Below, piece by piece: positions 55,060 through 64,000 of a stretch of DNA of 64,000 nt (its first letter is position 1; each line of letters begins with the position of its first letter). The notes under the pieces are model-generated. The model was not told where the DNA came from, did not search any database, and was given only the letters and a program-made list of their open reading frames with translations. Source of the stretch: Escherichia coli (GTDB lineage Bacteria; Pseudomonadota; Gammaproteobacteria; Enterobacterales; Enterobacteriaceae); the NCBI RefSeq assembly GCF_016026235.1, contig NZ_CP065613.1. One strand, given 5' to 3'. The position numbers were made by a program, and so were the translations under genes.

Positions 55060-55865
55060 TAAGAACGCTGCCAGAGGTGAATATTAAAGTCCGTCTGGCA
55101 GTCGAACACTTCTTTTGCTGCCAGTGTTTGCCAGACTTCTGGCTTCGCACGCCAGGCAAACGGCGTCATCTGCAATAATGCGACGGCTTCATCACCGCGA
55201 AGACGCATCGGATAACACAACTCCGCACTCTGCTGTAATGTAAAACCTTCCAGTTGTTCTGCATGAGGTGCATGAAGATGTACTTCATTGTAAATCAGCC
55301 CCTTCAGCTCCATCAAATGTCGCGGTCCCGGCGTGGCAGTAATGACCCAGCCGCCGGGCTTCACTACTCGTGCTAATTCTTCTGCTTTACACGGCGCGTA
55401 AATACGTATTATGGCGTCCATACTGGTATCGGAAAACGGCAAACGGTGGCTGGAAGCGACACAAAAAGTGACCTGCGGATAGCGTTTCGCCGCCGCTTTT
55501 ATCGCTACCTTCGAAACATCCAGACCAAACGTGGTGATTTCGGGCAACGCATCGGCAAATGCGTGTGTGTAATACCCTTCACCACAGCCAATATCCAGCA
55601 CCGCCGTGGCCTTATCATCAAGCCGTTCCCTCAGTTGGGCGACAATTGCATCACGCAGCGGCTGATAATGTCCGGCATCTAAGAATGCGCGGCGTGCTTG
55701 CATCATTTCCGCGCTGTCGCCCGGATCACGAGACCGTTTATGCTGAACGGGCAGCAGATTGACATACCCTTCTTTCGCCATATCAAACTGATGTCGCTGG
55801 GGACAGATATAGCTGTTTTTTTCACGCGAAAGAGGCTGATGGCAAAGTGGACAGGGAAAAGACAT
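55056..55865 (-). CDS. rlmA: 23S rRNA m1G745 methyltransferase
   Basis: 269-aa ORF with N-terminal zinc-binding cysteines and SAM motif LDIGCGEGY. Confidence 0.9.
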
Positions 55866-55956
55866 GACAACTCCGGCAGGATACTAAAGGCCGCAAGTGT
55901 AACGCGAATCACGCGGCGGGCAAATATCCGAACGCCAGGAGCGAAGATAAAGCATA

Positions 55957-55986
55957 GTAAAAAGCCTCGCATTCGACGAGGCTTTA
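55957..55986 (-). terminator. rho-independent terminator of yobF-cspC
   Basis: Minus-strand hairpin AAAGCCTCGTCGAATGCGAGGCTTT followed by TTTAC. Confidence 0.7.
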
Positions 55987-56030
55987 TAGCGAGATTGAAG
56001 CGTATTCACACTTCAGATCAGTGGATTCGA

Positions 56031-56240
56031 TCAGATAGCTGTTACGTTAACAGCTGCCGGACCTTTCTGGCCGTCCTGAATTTCGAACTCAACGTTCTGA
56101 CCTTCAGCCAGAGTTTTGAAGCCATTACCCTGGATAGCGGAGAAGTGTACGAACACGTCTTTGCTGCCATCAGCCGGAGTAATGAAGCCAAAACCTTTAG
56201 ACTCGTTGAACCACTTAACCTGACCTTTAATCTTTGCCAT
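56031..56240 (-). CDS. cspC: cold-shock-domain protein CspC
   Basis: 69-aa [23 protein letters not shown]. Confidence 0.95.
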
Positions 56241-56252
56241 TTGAAAAATTCC

Positions 56253-56396
56253 TTAGATTGTTTTCTTCGCCCGCAGGCATAACATAGATAAAACTGACAC
56301 ATTACTGCATGAGGCACCAATATAAGGCTCGGCAGAGAAGCGGTATTCAACGTCAACGTGTTTACTCAGGACTTCTTTACTGAAAATGCCACACAT
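56253..56396 (-). CDS. yobF: small protein YobF (47 aa)
   Basis: Manual translation [47 protein letters not shown]; immediately upstream of cspC. Confidence 0.75.
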
Positions 56397-57064
56397 AAAC
56401 AGAACTGTACCTCGTTTAACCCGAAATCTGTTATCACATACAACGTTAATTATGGCAAGCCATTTTTAAACATGTCTCGATCAGACGCACAAATCTCGAT
56501 ACGTCTTCCACTTTTTTTGCACACTTATGCAACGGAATACGCGCTGATATATCATTGTGCTTAACCTTGCCAGTTCAGGCAGATACTTAAACTGGCGTAT
56601 TTTCTAACATAGTTCAATAAGTTCAGTTGTTCCAGGCCAGTGGGAGAAGTTATTACATAGTGCGTGCAATATCACATTTTTTGCTATGCAATGAATAAAA
56701 AGTTATATCACTTTTTCTCATAAAACAGTCAGTTAACGGCTATCAATTACCCTAAAGAGAAGTCAATCCCCAAAGGGATTGAAAATTTAAAATAAGAAAA
56801 ATTGATGAATGAGCAAAAAATCAAGAAAGAAACGTTTCGCTAATAAATAATACCACGCTTAATCACAAATCCGATGTAAACATCCTAATAAATTAATGAG
56901 GAAAATATCTTTTTCTGATATCCCGTTACGCAAATAAATAATATGATAATTATTTGAAGTCAGACCAGAGTTTTAATTTGAAGCAGTTGCACCATGGCAG
57001 TGCGTATAATCAGGATGAATTGAGTAACCCTTCAACGACGGGGTTACTCAAGATTGAGGAAGGA

Positions 57065-57352
57065 TTATCGTTCGGCGACCAGACGAATAATATCTTCGTC
57101 TTCAACCGATTTTTGACTCTCAACGGTCTTTTTATCTGCTTTCTCAGGTTCGTTTGCTTCGCACAAACGACGTAACAGTGCATTTTGACGTTTTTGCTGA
57201 TCCAGCAACGCCTCAAGCAGTTCAATCTGTTCGTTAGTCCGTGAACTGGCACGATTGATAAAAAACCACAAGATGAGCCCGATAAGAAGAACCACCACCG
57301 ATACAACCAAAGACGCAATGTTCATCACGCCTGAATTTACAACTTCGTTCAT
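57065..57352 (-). CDS. yebO: small membrane protein YebO
   Basis: 95-aa ORF with N-terminal TM helix. Confidence 0.85.
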   Translation of the reverse strand: MNEVVNSGVMNIASLVVSVVVLLIGLILWFFINRASSRTNEQIELLEALLDQQKRQNALLRRLCEANEPEKADKKTVESQKSVEDEDIIRLVAER

Positions 57353-57426
57353 TTCACCACCTCTGAGTAGAGGCGCTATTCTACCACTGCTGGAGAGGAA
57401 GAAAATCTAGTGCTGAAAAAATGATA

Positions 57427-57570
57427 TCACCACGGGATAAACTGGTTAATGGCACAAATTCCGCTGAAAAATTGTACATCCTGATCGCACATCATGTTGA
57501 ATACCTGCGCCCAAAGCAGCAAGCAAGCCAACACCACGACAACCAGAACGACCCATCGAAACTTTTTCAC
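57427..57570 (-). CDS. mgrB: PhoQ feedback inhibitor MgrB (47 aa)
   Basis: Manual translation from a GTG start: [46 protein letters not shown]. Confidence 0.8.
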
Positions 57571-57728
57571 TCCAATCTCCGCTTCACCTACCTTATGTCA
57601 TTAAACTAGCATGCGTTAGTTAAACAGCGCCTAACTATGTCGATATTCGTGCTTTTTCGGAATGAGTAGCTTGCTTCAGCGCATATTGCCGCTACGATTA
57701 AGCGAACATAAAAAGAGAAGAGGTTGTA

Positions 57729-57968
57729 ATGCGATTCATCATTCGCACAGTTATGCTGATAGCACTGGTATGGATAGGATTATTACTCAGCGGATATGGC
57801 GTTTTGATTGGAAGCAAAGAGAATGCCGCAGGATTAGGTTTGCAATGTACCTATCTGACTGCCAGAGGCACCAGCACGGTACAATACTTGCACACTAAAA
57901 GTGGTTTCTTGGGGATAACAGATTGCCCACTGTTACGTAAAAGCAATATCGTGGTCGATAATGGTTAA
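57729..57968 (+). CDS. yobH: small secreted protein YobH
   Basis: 79-aa ORF MRFIIRTVMLIALVWIGLLL. Confidence 0.85.
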   Translation: MRFIIRTVMLIALVWIGLLLSGYGVLIGSKENAAGLGLQCTYLTARGTSTVQYLHTKSGFLGITDCPLLRKSNIVVDNG

Positions 57969-58110
57969 GGGTAATAAACAACCAGATTCTCACTCATGAG
58001 TAAAATATTCTTATAGCAAGCGCGTTTAATATAACGCACCTTCAACTTTATTTTTCTCATGCTAAATAAAGAACCTGTCTGTTTGATATTCCGACAGGTT
58101 CTTACTCTCA

Positions 58111-58902
58111 TCAGAACGGATAGTCGTGATAACCCATTTGGGCAGAAATTTTGCGCGCTGCGGTATGCAACATTGCGACATATTCCTGTAAACGCTCTTC
58201 AGAGAAACGCAACGTCGGGAAGGAGATGCTCAAACCGGCAATGACCACGCCAAAGCGATCAAATACCGGAACCGCAATGCATCGCAGCCCTTCTTCCTGC
58301 TCTTCGTTATCTTCGCCATACCCCTGCTCGCGCACCTGGTCCAGAACGGGTAATAACGCTTCTGTACTGGTGATGGTCCGCTCGGTACTGCGTTTATACT
58401 CCACGCCCTCAAGAATTTGCTTCACTTCATCGAGATCGCGCCATGCCAGCAGTACCTTACCAATCGCGGTGCTGTACAGCGGATTACGACGCCCAATCCG
58501 TGAATACATGCGCAAATTGTACATAGAGTCAATTTTGTGAATGTAAACAATACTGTCTTCGTCCAGTGCGCCGAGGTGGATAGTTTCTTTGGTCAGGCGG
58601 GAGATCTCACGCATCTGGATATCTGCGCTACGAATTAAATCGACGTTTTGTAACGCGCGAGCGCCCAGTTCAAACAATTTCAGGGTCAGGGAATATTTCT
58701 CCGACTCCCCTTCCTGCGCCACATAACCTAAGGTTTTCATGGTCTGTAAAAAGCGATAAACGGTGCTTTTTGACATCATGACGCGCTGCGACAGCTCGGT
58801 TATCCCTATTTCGCGCTCTTCACCCAGCGCCTGCAAAATGCCAAAAACTTTTAGCACGGAAGATACAGAATCAGGCTGTTTATCCAGATCTGCGTTAGCC
58901 AT
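58111..58902 (-). CDS. kdgR: IclR-family repressor KdgR
   Basis: 263-aa ORF with IclR HTH and effector domain. Confidence 0.9.
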   Translation of the reverse strand: MANADLDKQPDSVSSVLKVFGILQALGEEREIGITELSQRVMMSKSTVYRFLQTMKTLGYVAQEGESEKYSLTLKLFELGARALQNVDLIRSADIQMREISRLTKETIHLGALDEDSIVYIHKIDSMYNLRMYSRIGRRNPLYSTAIGKVLLAWRDLDEVKQILEGVEYKRSTERTITSTEALLPVLDQVREQGYGEDNEEQEEGLRCIAVPVFDRFGVVIAGLSISFPTLRFSEERLQEYVAMLHTAARKISAQMGYHDYPF

Positions 58903-59078
58903 TTATCACCTCATTGCGAGTGTTTTATAAAAATCAGAACTGTTTTTTATTATAATTTCGCACCAGGGTGGTCGCAATCCATCTTTTGCCGGTTAGTTAC
59001 AATTCTGCGACATCCACCGTGAATATCAGTGCTAGAATCATACCCCTGTTGATTATTCACCAAAGATATAAAATTCCT

Positions 59079-60452
59079 ATGCCAAAAGTTCAGGCCGACG
59101 GCCTGCCGTTGCCCCAGCGATACGGTGCGATATTAACCATTGTGATTGGTATTTCGATGGCTGTCCTTGACGGCGCAATCGCCAACGTAGCCCTGCCAAC
59201 AATCGCCACGGACCTTCATGCCACGCCAGCCAGTTCCATCTGGGTAGTGAACGCCTATCAAATCGCCATTGTCATCTCCCTGCTCTCGTTTTCGTTTCTG
59301 GGTGATATGTTTGGCTATCGACGTATTTATAAATGCGGTCTGGTCGTTTTTCTGTTGTCTTCACTGTTCTGCGCCCTTTCTGATTCGCTGCAAATACTCA
59401 CCCTTGCGCGTGTCATACAAGGTTTCGGCGGTGCAGCGTTGATGAGCGTTAATACCGCCCTTATCCGCCTGATCTATCCACAACGTTTTCTGGGTAGAGG
59501 GATGGGCATAAACTCGTTTATTGTTGCCGTCTCTTCTGCTGCCGGGCCGACAATTGCTGCAGCAATCCTCTCCATCGCATCCTGGAAATGGTTATTTTTA
59601 ATCAATGTACCGTTGGGTATTATCGCCCTGCTTCTGGCGATGCGTTTTCTGCCACCCAATGGTTCTCGCGCCAGTAAACCCCGTTTCGACCTGCCCAGCG
59701 CCGTGATGAACGCGTTAACCTTCGGCCTGCTTATCACTGCGTTGAGTGGTTTCGCTCAGGGGCAATCGCTGACGTTAATTGCTGCGGAACTGGTTGTAAT
59801 GGTTGTCGTTGGTATTTTCTTTATTCGCCGCCAGCTTTCTCTTCCAGTACCGCTGCTACCGGTGGATTTACTGCGTATCCCGCTGTTTTCACTTTCTATT
59901 TGCACATCTGTTTGCTCTTTCTGCGCACAAATGCTGGCAATGGTTTCCCTGCCCTTTTACCTGCAAACCGTGCTCGGGCGTAGTGAAGTCGAAACAGGTT
60001 TACTTCTGACACCGTGGCCGTTAGCAACGATGGTGATGGCTCCGTTGGCAGGCTATTTGATTGAACGCGTACATGCAGGATTGCTGGGTGCTTTAGGATT
60101 ATTCATCATGGCTGCGGGGCTTTTTTCCCTGGTTCTGCTGCCCGCGTCACCTGCGGATATCAATATTATCTGGCCGATGATCTTATGTGGCGCTGGATTT
60201 GGCTTGTTCCAGTCACCCAATAACCACACCATTATTACCTCCGCTCCTCGCGAACGTAGCGGTGGAGCCAGTGGCATGTTAGGAACGGCTCGTCTACTGG
60301 GTCAGAGTAGCGGCGCGGCGCTGGTGGCGCTGATGCTAAATCAGTTTGGAGATAATGGTACACACGTCTCGCTGATGGCTGCGGCTATTCTGGCAGTGAT
60401 TGCTGCCTGTGTCAGTGGTTTACGTATCACTCAGCCACGATCCAGGGCATAA
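59079..60452 (+). CDS. yebQ: MFS drug-efflux transporter YebQ
   Basis: Start placed at MPKVQADGLPLPQRYGAIL (457 aa); the ORF track starts 37 codons upstream. Confidence 0.85.
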   Translation: MPKVQADGLPLPQRYGAILTIVIGISMAVLDGAIANVALPTIATDLHATPASSIWVVNAYQIAIVISLLSFSFLGDMFGYRRIYKCGLVVFLLSSLFCALSDSLQILTLARVIQGFGGAALMSVNTALIRLIYPQRFLGRGMGINSFIVAVSSAAGPTIAAAILSIASWKWLFLINVPLGIIALLLAMRFLPPNGSRASKPRFDLPSAVMNALTFGLLITALSGFAQGQSLTLIAAELVVMVVVGIFFIRRQLSLPVPLLPVDLLRIPLFSLSICTSVCSFCAQMLAMVSLPFYLQTVLGRSEVETGLLLTPWPLATMVMAPLAGYLIERVHAGLLGALGLFIMAAGLFSLVLLPASPADINIIWPMILCGAGFGLFQSPNNHTIITSAPRERSGGASGMLGTARLLGQSSGAALVALMLNQFGDNGTHVSLMAAAILAVIAACVSGLRITQPRSRA

Positions 60453-60482
60453 AAAAAGCGCGTCGATCAGGACGCGCTTTTT
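60451..60482. terminator. bidirectional terminator between yebQ and htpX
   Basis: A7-GCGCGTCGATCAGGACGCGC-T5. Confidence 0.8.
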
Positions 60483-60497
60483 AGTATTTACTTCATA

Positions 60498-61379
60498 TTA
60501 CTTCAGGTATTCACCCGTACGCAGAGCTTCAATTCGTTTATCCAGCGGCGGGTGAGTCATGAACAACTCACTGAGCGATTTCGACTTACCGTTAATGCAG
60601 AAAGCCATCATGCTGGTTGCTTCTTGCGGTTCATAGCTGGTTTTCAGGCGCTGCAGCGCGGCAATCATTTTCTCGCGACCAACCAGTTTTGCCGAACCGG
60701 CATCTGCATGGAATTCACGATGACGCGAGAACCACATGGTGATAATGCTCGCCAGAATACCAAACACCAGTTCCAGAACCGTTGCAACCGCAAAGTAGAT
60801 CAGCGGGTTGCCGTTGCTCTCTTCACCTTCATCACGATTTCCGCCCATAAAACCCGCGGTAAGCTGCGCCAGGATACGGGAAATAAAGATAACGAAGGTG
60901 TTCACCACGCCCTGAATCAGCGTCATGGTGACCATATCACCATTGGCGATGTGGCTGATTTCGTGAGCAATTACCGCCTCGGCTTCATCCGGGCTCATGT
61001 TCTGCAGCAAACCGGTGCTGACAGCAACCAGAGAGGCATCACGGCGCGCACCGGTTGCAAAAGCGTTGATGTCCGGCGCATGGTAGATAGCCACTTGCGG
61101 CATAGCGATCCCCGCCTGACGAGCCTGGGTTGCTACAGTATTGACCAGCCAACGTTCCCTTTCGTTACGCGGTTGCTCGATCACTTCCCCGCCAACAGAT
61201 CGTAATGCCATCCATTTGGACATCAGAAGCGAAACGAAGGAACCACCAAAACCGAACAGCAAGGCCATGATCATCAGCCCCTGAACGCTGCTCGACTGTA
61301 TCCCTGTCAGGCTCAGTACCAGCCCGAAAACGACCATTACGGCCAGGTTCGTTAGCAGGAAGAGCGCGATTCGCATCAT
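60498..61379 (-). CDS. htpX: membrane zinc metalloprotease HtpX
   Basis: 293-aa ORF with HEISH zinc motif. Confidence 0.95.
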   Translation of the reverse strand: MMRIALFLLTNLAVMVVFGLVLSLTGIQSSSVQGLMIMALLFGFGGSFVSLLMSKWMALRSVGGEVIEQPRNERERWLVNTVATQARQAGIAMPQVAIYHAPDINAFATGARRDASLVAVSTGLLQNMSPDEAEAVIAHEISHIANGDMVTMTLIQGVVNTFVIFISRILAQLTAGFMGGNRDEGEESNGNPLIYFAVATVLELVFGILASIITMWFSRHREFHADAGSAKLVGREKMIAALQRLKTSYEPQEATSMMAFCINGKSKSLSELFMTHPPLDKRIEALRTGEYLK

Positions 61380-61570
61380 AATTTTCTTTTTACCTCAGTT
61401 TAACAAAACGCAATATGCGATACCCACATCGTATGGGTTACGCGACTATTTTCAAGTCTGGATAGTGCGTAAGTCACCAGAAAGACACAACTTTACATTT
61501 TGTAGCATCTGATTTACGGCATCTTGCCGCTGTTAAAAAATCAGGCACAATTTCTTGTGCCTGATTGATA

Positions 61571-63619
61571 TTACTTGACGGGTGCGGGTTGTTCCGCGGG
61601 TCTGGCTTTTTCAAGCTTCGCCAGATCGAGTGCGATATTCACCGTCTCATCCAGATAAGGATCCGGCTCCTGGTAATCTTTCGGTAGATCATCCAGTTTC
61701 TTCAACTCCGGTTTACCTTCGCGTTTAAAGCGTTCGTTCAAACGCGCCAGACGCGTCGCATCATCTTCATTATTCTCTTTCTCACGCACAGCGTAATTCA
61801 GAGAAACGATATTGCGCTTGTCCTTCATAGCGTTGAAGCGCGCGATATCCTTCATGATGTTCTGGAACTCAGGATCTTTCGCGATACGCGCATTATGTTC
61901 CTTCAGTAGCTCCGGTTCAAAGGCCGTTAAATCTCCTGATTTCACATAAGTCGCGGCATCAATGCTATCCCACGGCAGCGCGTTATCTTCGAATTTCTCA
62001 CCCGTTTCCGTTTCTTCATTACCCGTCGGCATGATGATGTCTGGCGTTACGCCTTTACGTTGCGTACTGCCGCCGTTAACGCGATAGAATTTCTGGATCG
62101 TGTACTGCACAGAACCCAGCGCTGGCCATTCAGGACGTAACATCTGATCGTAAATACGGTTCAATGAACGGTATTGCTGAACGGTGCCTTTACCAAACGT
62201 CGGTTCACCCACAACCAGCGCACGACCGTAATCCTGCATTGCCGCGGCAAAGATTTCTGAAGCCGAAGCACTGAAGCGGTCAACCAGTACCACCAGCGGG
62301 CCTTTATAGAAAACCTGTCCGTCGGTATCGCTGCCTTCACGAACTTTACCGTTGTTATCACGGACCTGAACAATAGGACCCGCAGGAATAAACAGACCTG
62401 AGAGCGATACCGCTTCGGTCAACGCCCCACCGCCATTGCTACGCAGGTCGATGATCACACTGCTGACATTCTGTTTTTCCAGTTTCTGCAGTTGTACTTT
62501 GACATCGTCTGTCAAACCCACATAGAAGCCAGGAATATCCAGCACGCCGACTTTCTCTTTACCGACGGTCTTCACCGACATTTTAACCGCGCGGTCTTCG
62601 AGACGAATACGTTCACGGGTCAATGTTACAGTGCGGGTCTTGGTCCCTTTACCAGCAGGTAAAATTTCCAGACGAACTTTACTGCCCTTCGGCCCTTTAA
62701 TTAAGGCAACCACATCATCAAGACGCCAGCCAATCACGTCAACCATCGGCTTGCCTGTTTGACCAACACCGACAATTTTGTCACCAACGCTGATAGCTTT
62801 ACTCTTCGCTGCCGGACCACCTGCCACCATCGAATTGATAACGGTGTAGTCATCATCCATTTGCAGCACTGCGCCAATACCTTCCAGCGACAAACTCATT
62901 TCAGTGTTGAACTGTTCGGTATTACGCGGGGAAAGATAGTTGGTATGCGGGTCGATTTCACGCGCAAACGCCGTCATTGCCAGCGAGAAAACATCTTCGC
63001 TGTTGGTTTGCGCCAGACGACGAATGGCAAATTTGTAGCGGCGTGTCAGGGTTTCACGAATTTCTTTATCCGTTTTTCCTGCCAGCTTCAGGCTTAACTC
63101 GTCGAATTTAACTTTACTGTCCCACAGCGCGTTCAACTCAGCCTCGTTTTTCGGCCAGGGCGCTTTGCTGCGGTCAAGGTTATAAGTGTCGTTGCCGGTG
63201 AAATCCATCGGCTTTTCCAGTACCGACAAAGCGTACTGGTAACGCTCAAAACGGCGCTTTTGCGCCAGATTGTAGAGATCGTAGAAAACGTCGAGTTTGC
63301 CTGAACGCAGTTCATCGCCTAACTCGGTTTTCTTTTTCGCGAACTGTTCAACATCGCTTGCCAGCAGCACGTTGTGGCTGTAATCGAGCAGATTCAGGTA
63401 ACGGTCAAAGATTTTGGCCGAAAATGCCTGATCGAGGTCGAACTGGCGATAATGAGAACGGGTGAAGCGCGACGTTACGCGCTCACTTACCGTCGCATGC
63501 TGCGTCTCTTCCTTTAATACCGGAATTTGATCAGCACGCGTGATATCTTCTACAGCGAAGGTCTGGCCTGCTATTGCAAACAGGCCAGCTAACGCGGTAA
63601 GCCTAAAAAACATGTTCAT
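61571..63619 (-). CDS. prc: tail-specific periplasmic protease Prc
   Basis: Start placed at MNMFFRLTALAGL (682 aa); PDZ and S41 peptidase domains. Confidence 0.9.
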   Translation of the reverse strand: MNMFFRLTALAGLFAIAGQTFAVEDITRADQIPVLKEETQHATVSERVTSRFTRSHYRQFDLDQAFSAKIFDRYLNLLDYSHNVLLASDVEQFAKKKTELGDELRSGKLDVFYDLYNLAQKRRFERYQYALSVLEKPMDFTGNDTYNLDRSKAPWPKNEAELNALWDSKVKFDELSLKLAGKTDKEIRETLTRRYKFAIRRLAQTNSEDVFSLAMTAFAREIDPHTNYLSPRNTEQFNTEMSLSLEGIGAVLQMDDDYTVINSMVAGGPAAKSKAISVGDKIVGVGQTGKPMVDVIGWRLDDVVALIKGPKGSKVRLEILPAGKGTKTRTVTLTRERIRLEDRAVKMSVKTVGKEKVGVLDIPGFYVGLTDDVKVQLQKLEKQNVSSVIIDLRSNGGGALTEAVSLSGLFIPAGPIVQVRDNNGKVREGSDTDGQVFYKGPLVVLVDRFSASASEIFAAAMQDYGRALVVGEPTFGKGTVQQYRSLNRIYDQMLRPEWPALGSVQYTIQKFYRVNGGSTQRKGVTPDIIMPTGNEETETGEKFEDNALPWDSIDAATYVKSGDLTAFEPELLKEHNARIAKDPEFQNIMKDIARFNAMKDKRNIVSLNYAVREKENNEDDATRLARLNERFKREGKPELKKLDDLPKDYQEPDPYLDETVNIALDLAKLEKARPAEQPAPVK

Positions 63620-63639
63620 GCCTGGCCCGGCCTCCGTTT

Positions 63640-64000
63640 CAGAACACCAGGTGTTCTGCGCGCACAATCAAAGACATACCCGAATTCAGCTGGACGCGGA
63701 CGCCGTCTTTGGTGATTTCTAATACGGTGGCATCCATCGCGTTTTGACCCGCTTTCACCTTCAGGGCTTGTCCGACAGTCAGAGCTGAAATGTCAGAAAC
63801 TGGGGTGTGCTGTTCTTCGCGAGGTGCTTTTACTGTTTTTGGCGCTTTCTCTACCGGCTTTTGCGCACGAGGTTTACGTTCAGCGCCTTCTTTGCGGCGT
63901 GGCGTGGTCGGACGTGGCTTGCGTTCGCGGCGCGGTGCGTCTTCTTTCTCACCAGCAGCTGCGGCAGCTTCGCGTTTTTTCGCTTGCTGTTCAGCACGCT
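63640..64000 (-). CDS. proQ: RNA chaperone ProQ, C-terminal part (5' end off window)
   Basis: Minus-strand frame ends ...[22 protein letters not shown]; Lys/Ala/Glu-rich linker upstream; sits 20 bp upstream of prc. Confidence 0.85.

Overview
This window reads as ordinary Escherichia coli / Shigella core chromosome, collinear with the K-12 region ydjF-ydjL / gapA / yea-yoa cluster / fadD / pabB-sdaA / manXYZ / mntP / cspC / kdgR / htpX / prc / proQ. Gene calls rest on recognising the translated ORFs and their order from memory; no database search was possible. About 60 protein genes are called, including six known small proteins below the 60-aa cutoff of the ORF track (yoaI, yoaK, yoaJ, yoaH, yobF, mgrB). 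No tRNA, rRNA or CRISPR array was seen. The non-core content is three insertion sequences: (1) an IS1 copy (2905-3672, minus) with a perfect 9-bp target duplication that splits ydjH; (2) a second, divergent IS1 copy (41059-41826, plus) with no target duplication, sitting where yoaC is expected and no yoaC ORF is detectable; (3) an IS110-family (IS1111-like) element of about 1.5 kb in the pdeD-yoaE convergent spacer. The third is the most interesting feature: its 3' non-coding end carries a 183-bp domain closed by 18-bp inverted repeats and contains a 10-nt exact copy of the adjacent chromosomal flank, which fits a bridge-RNA-type guide RNA. Beyond that I found no evidence for a novel multi-gene system; the remaining findings are regulatory motifs and annotation details.
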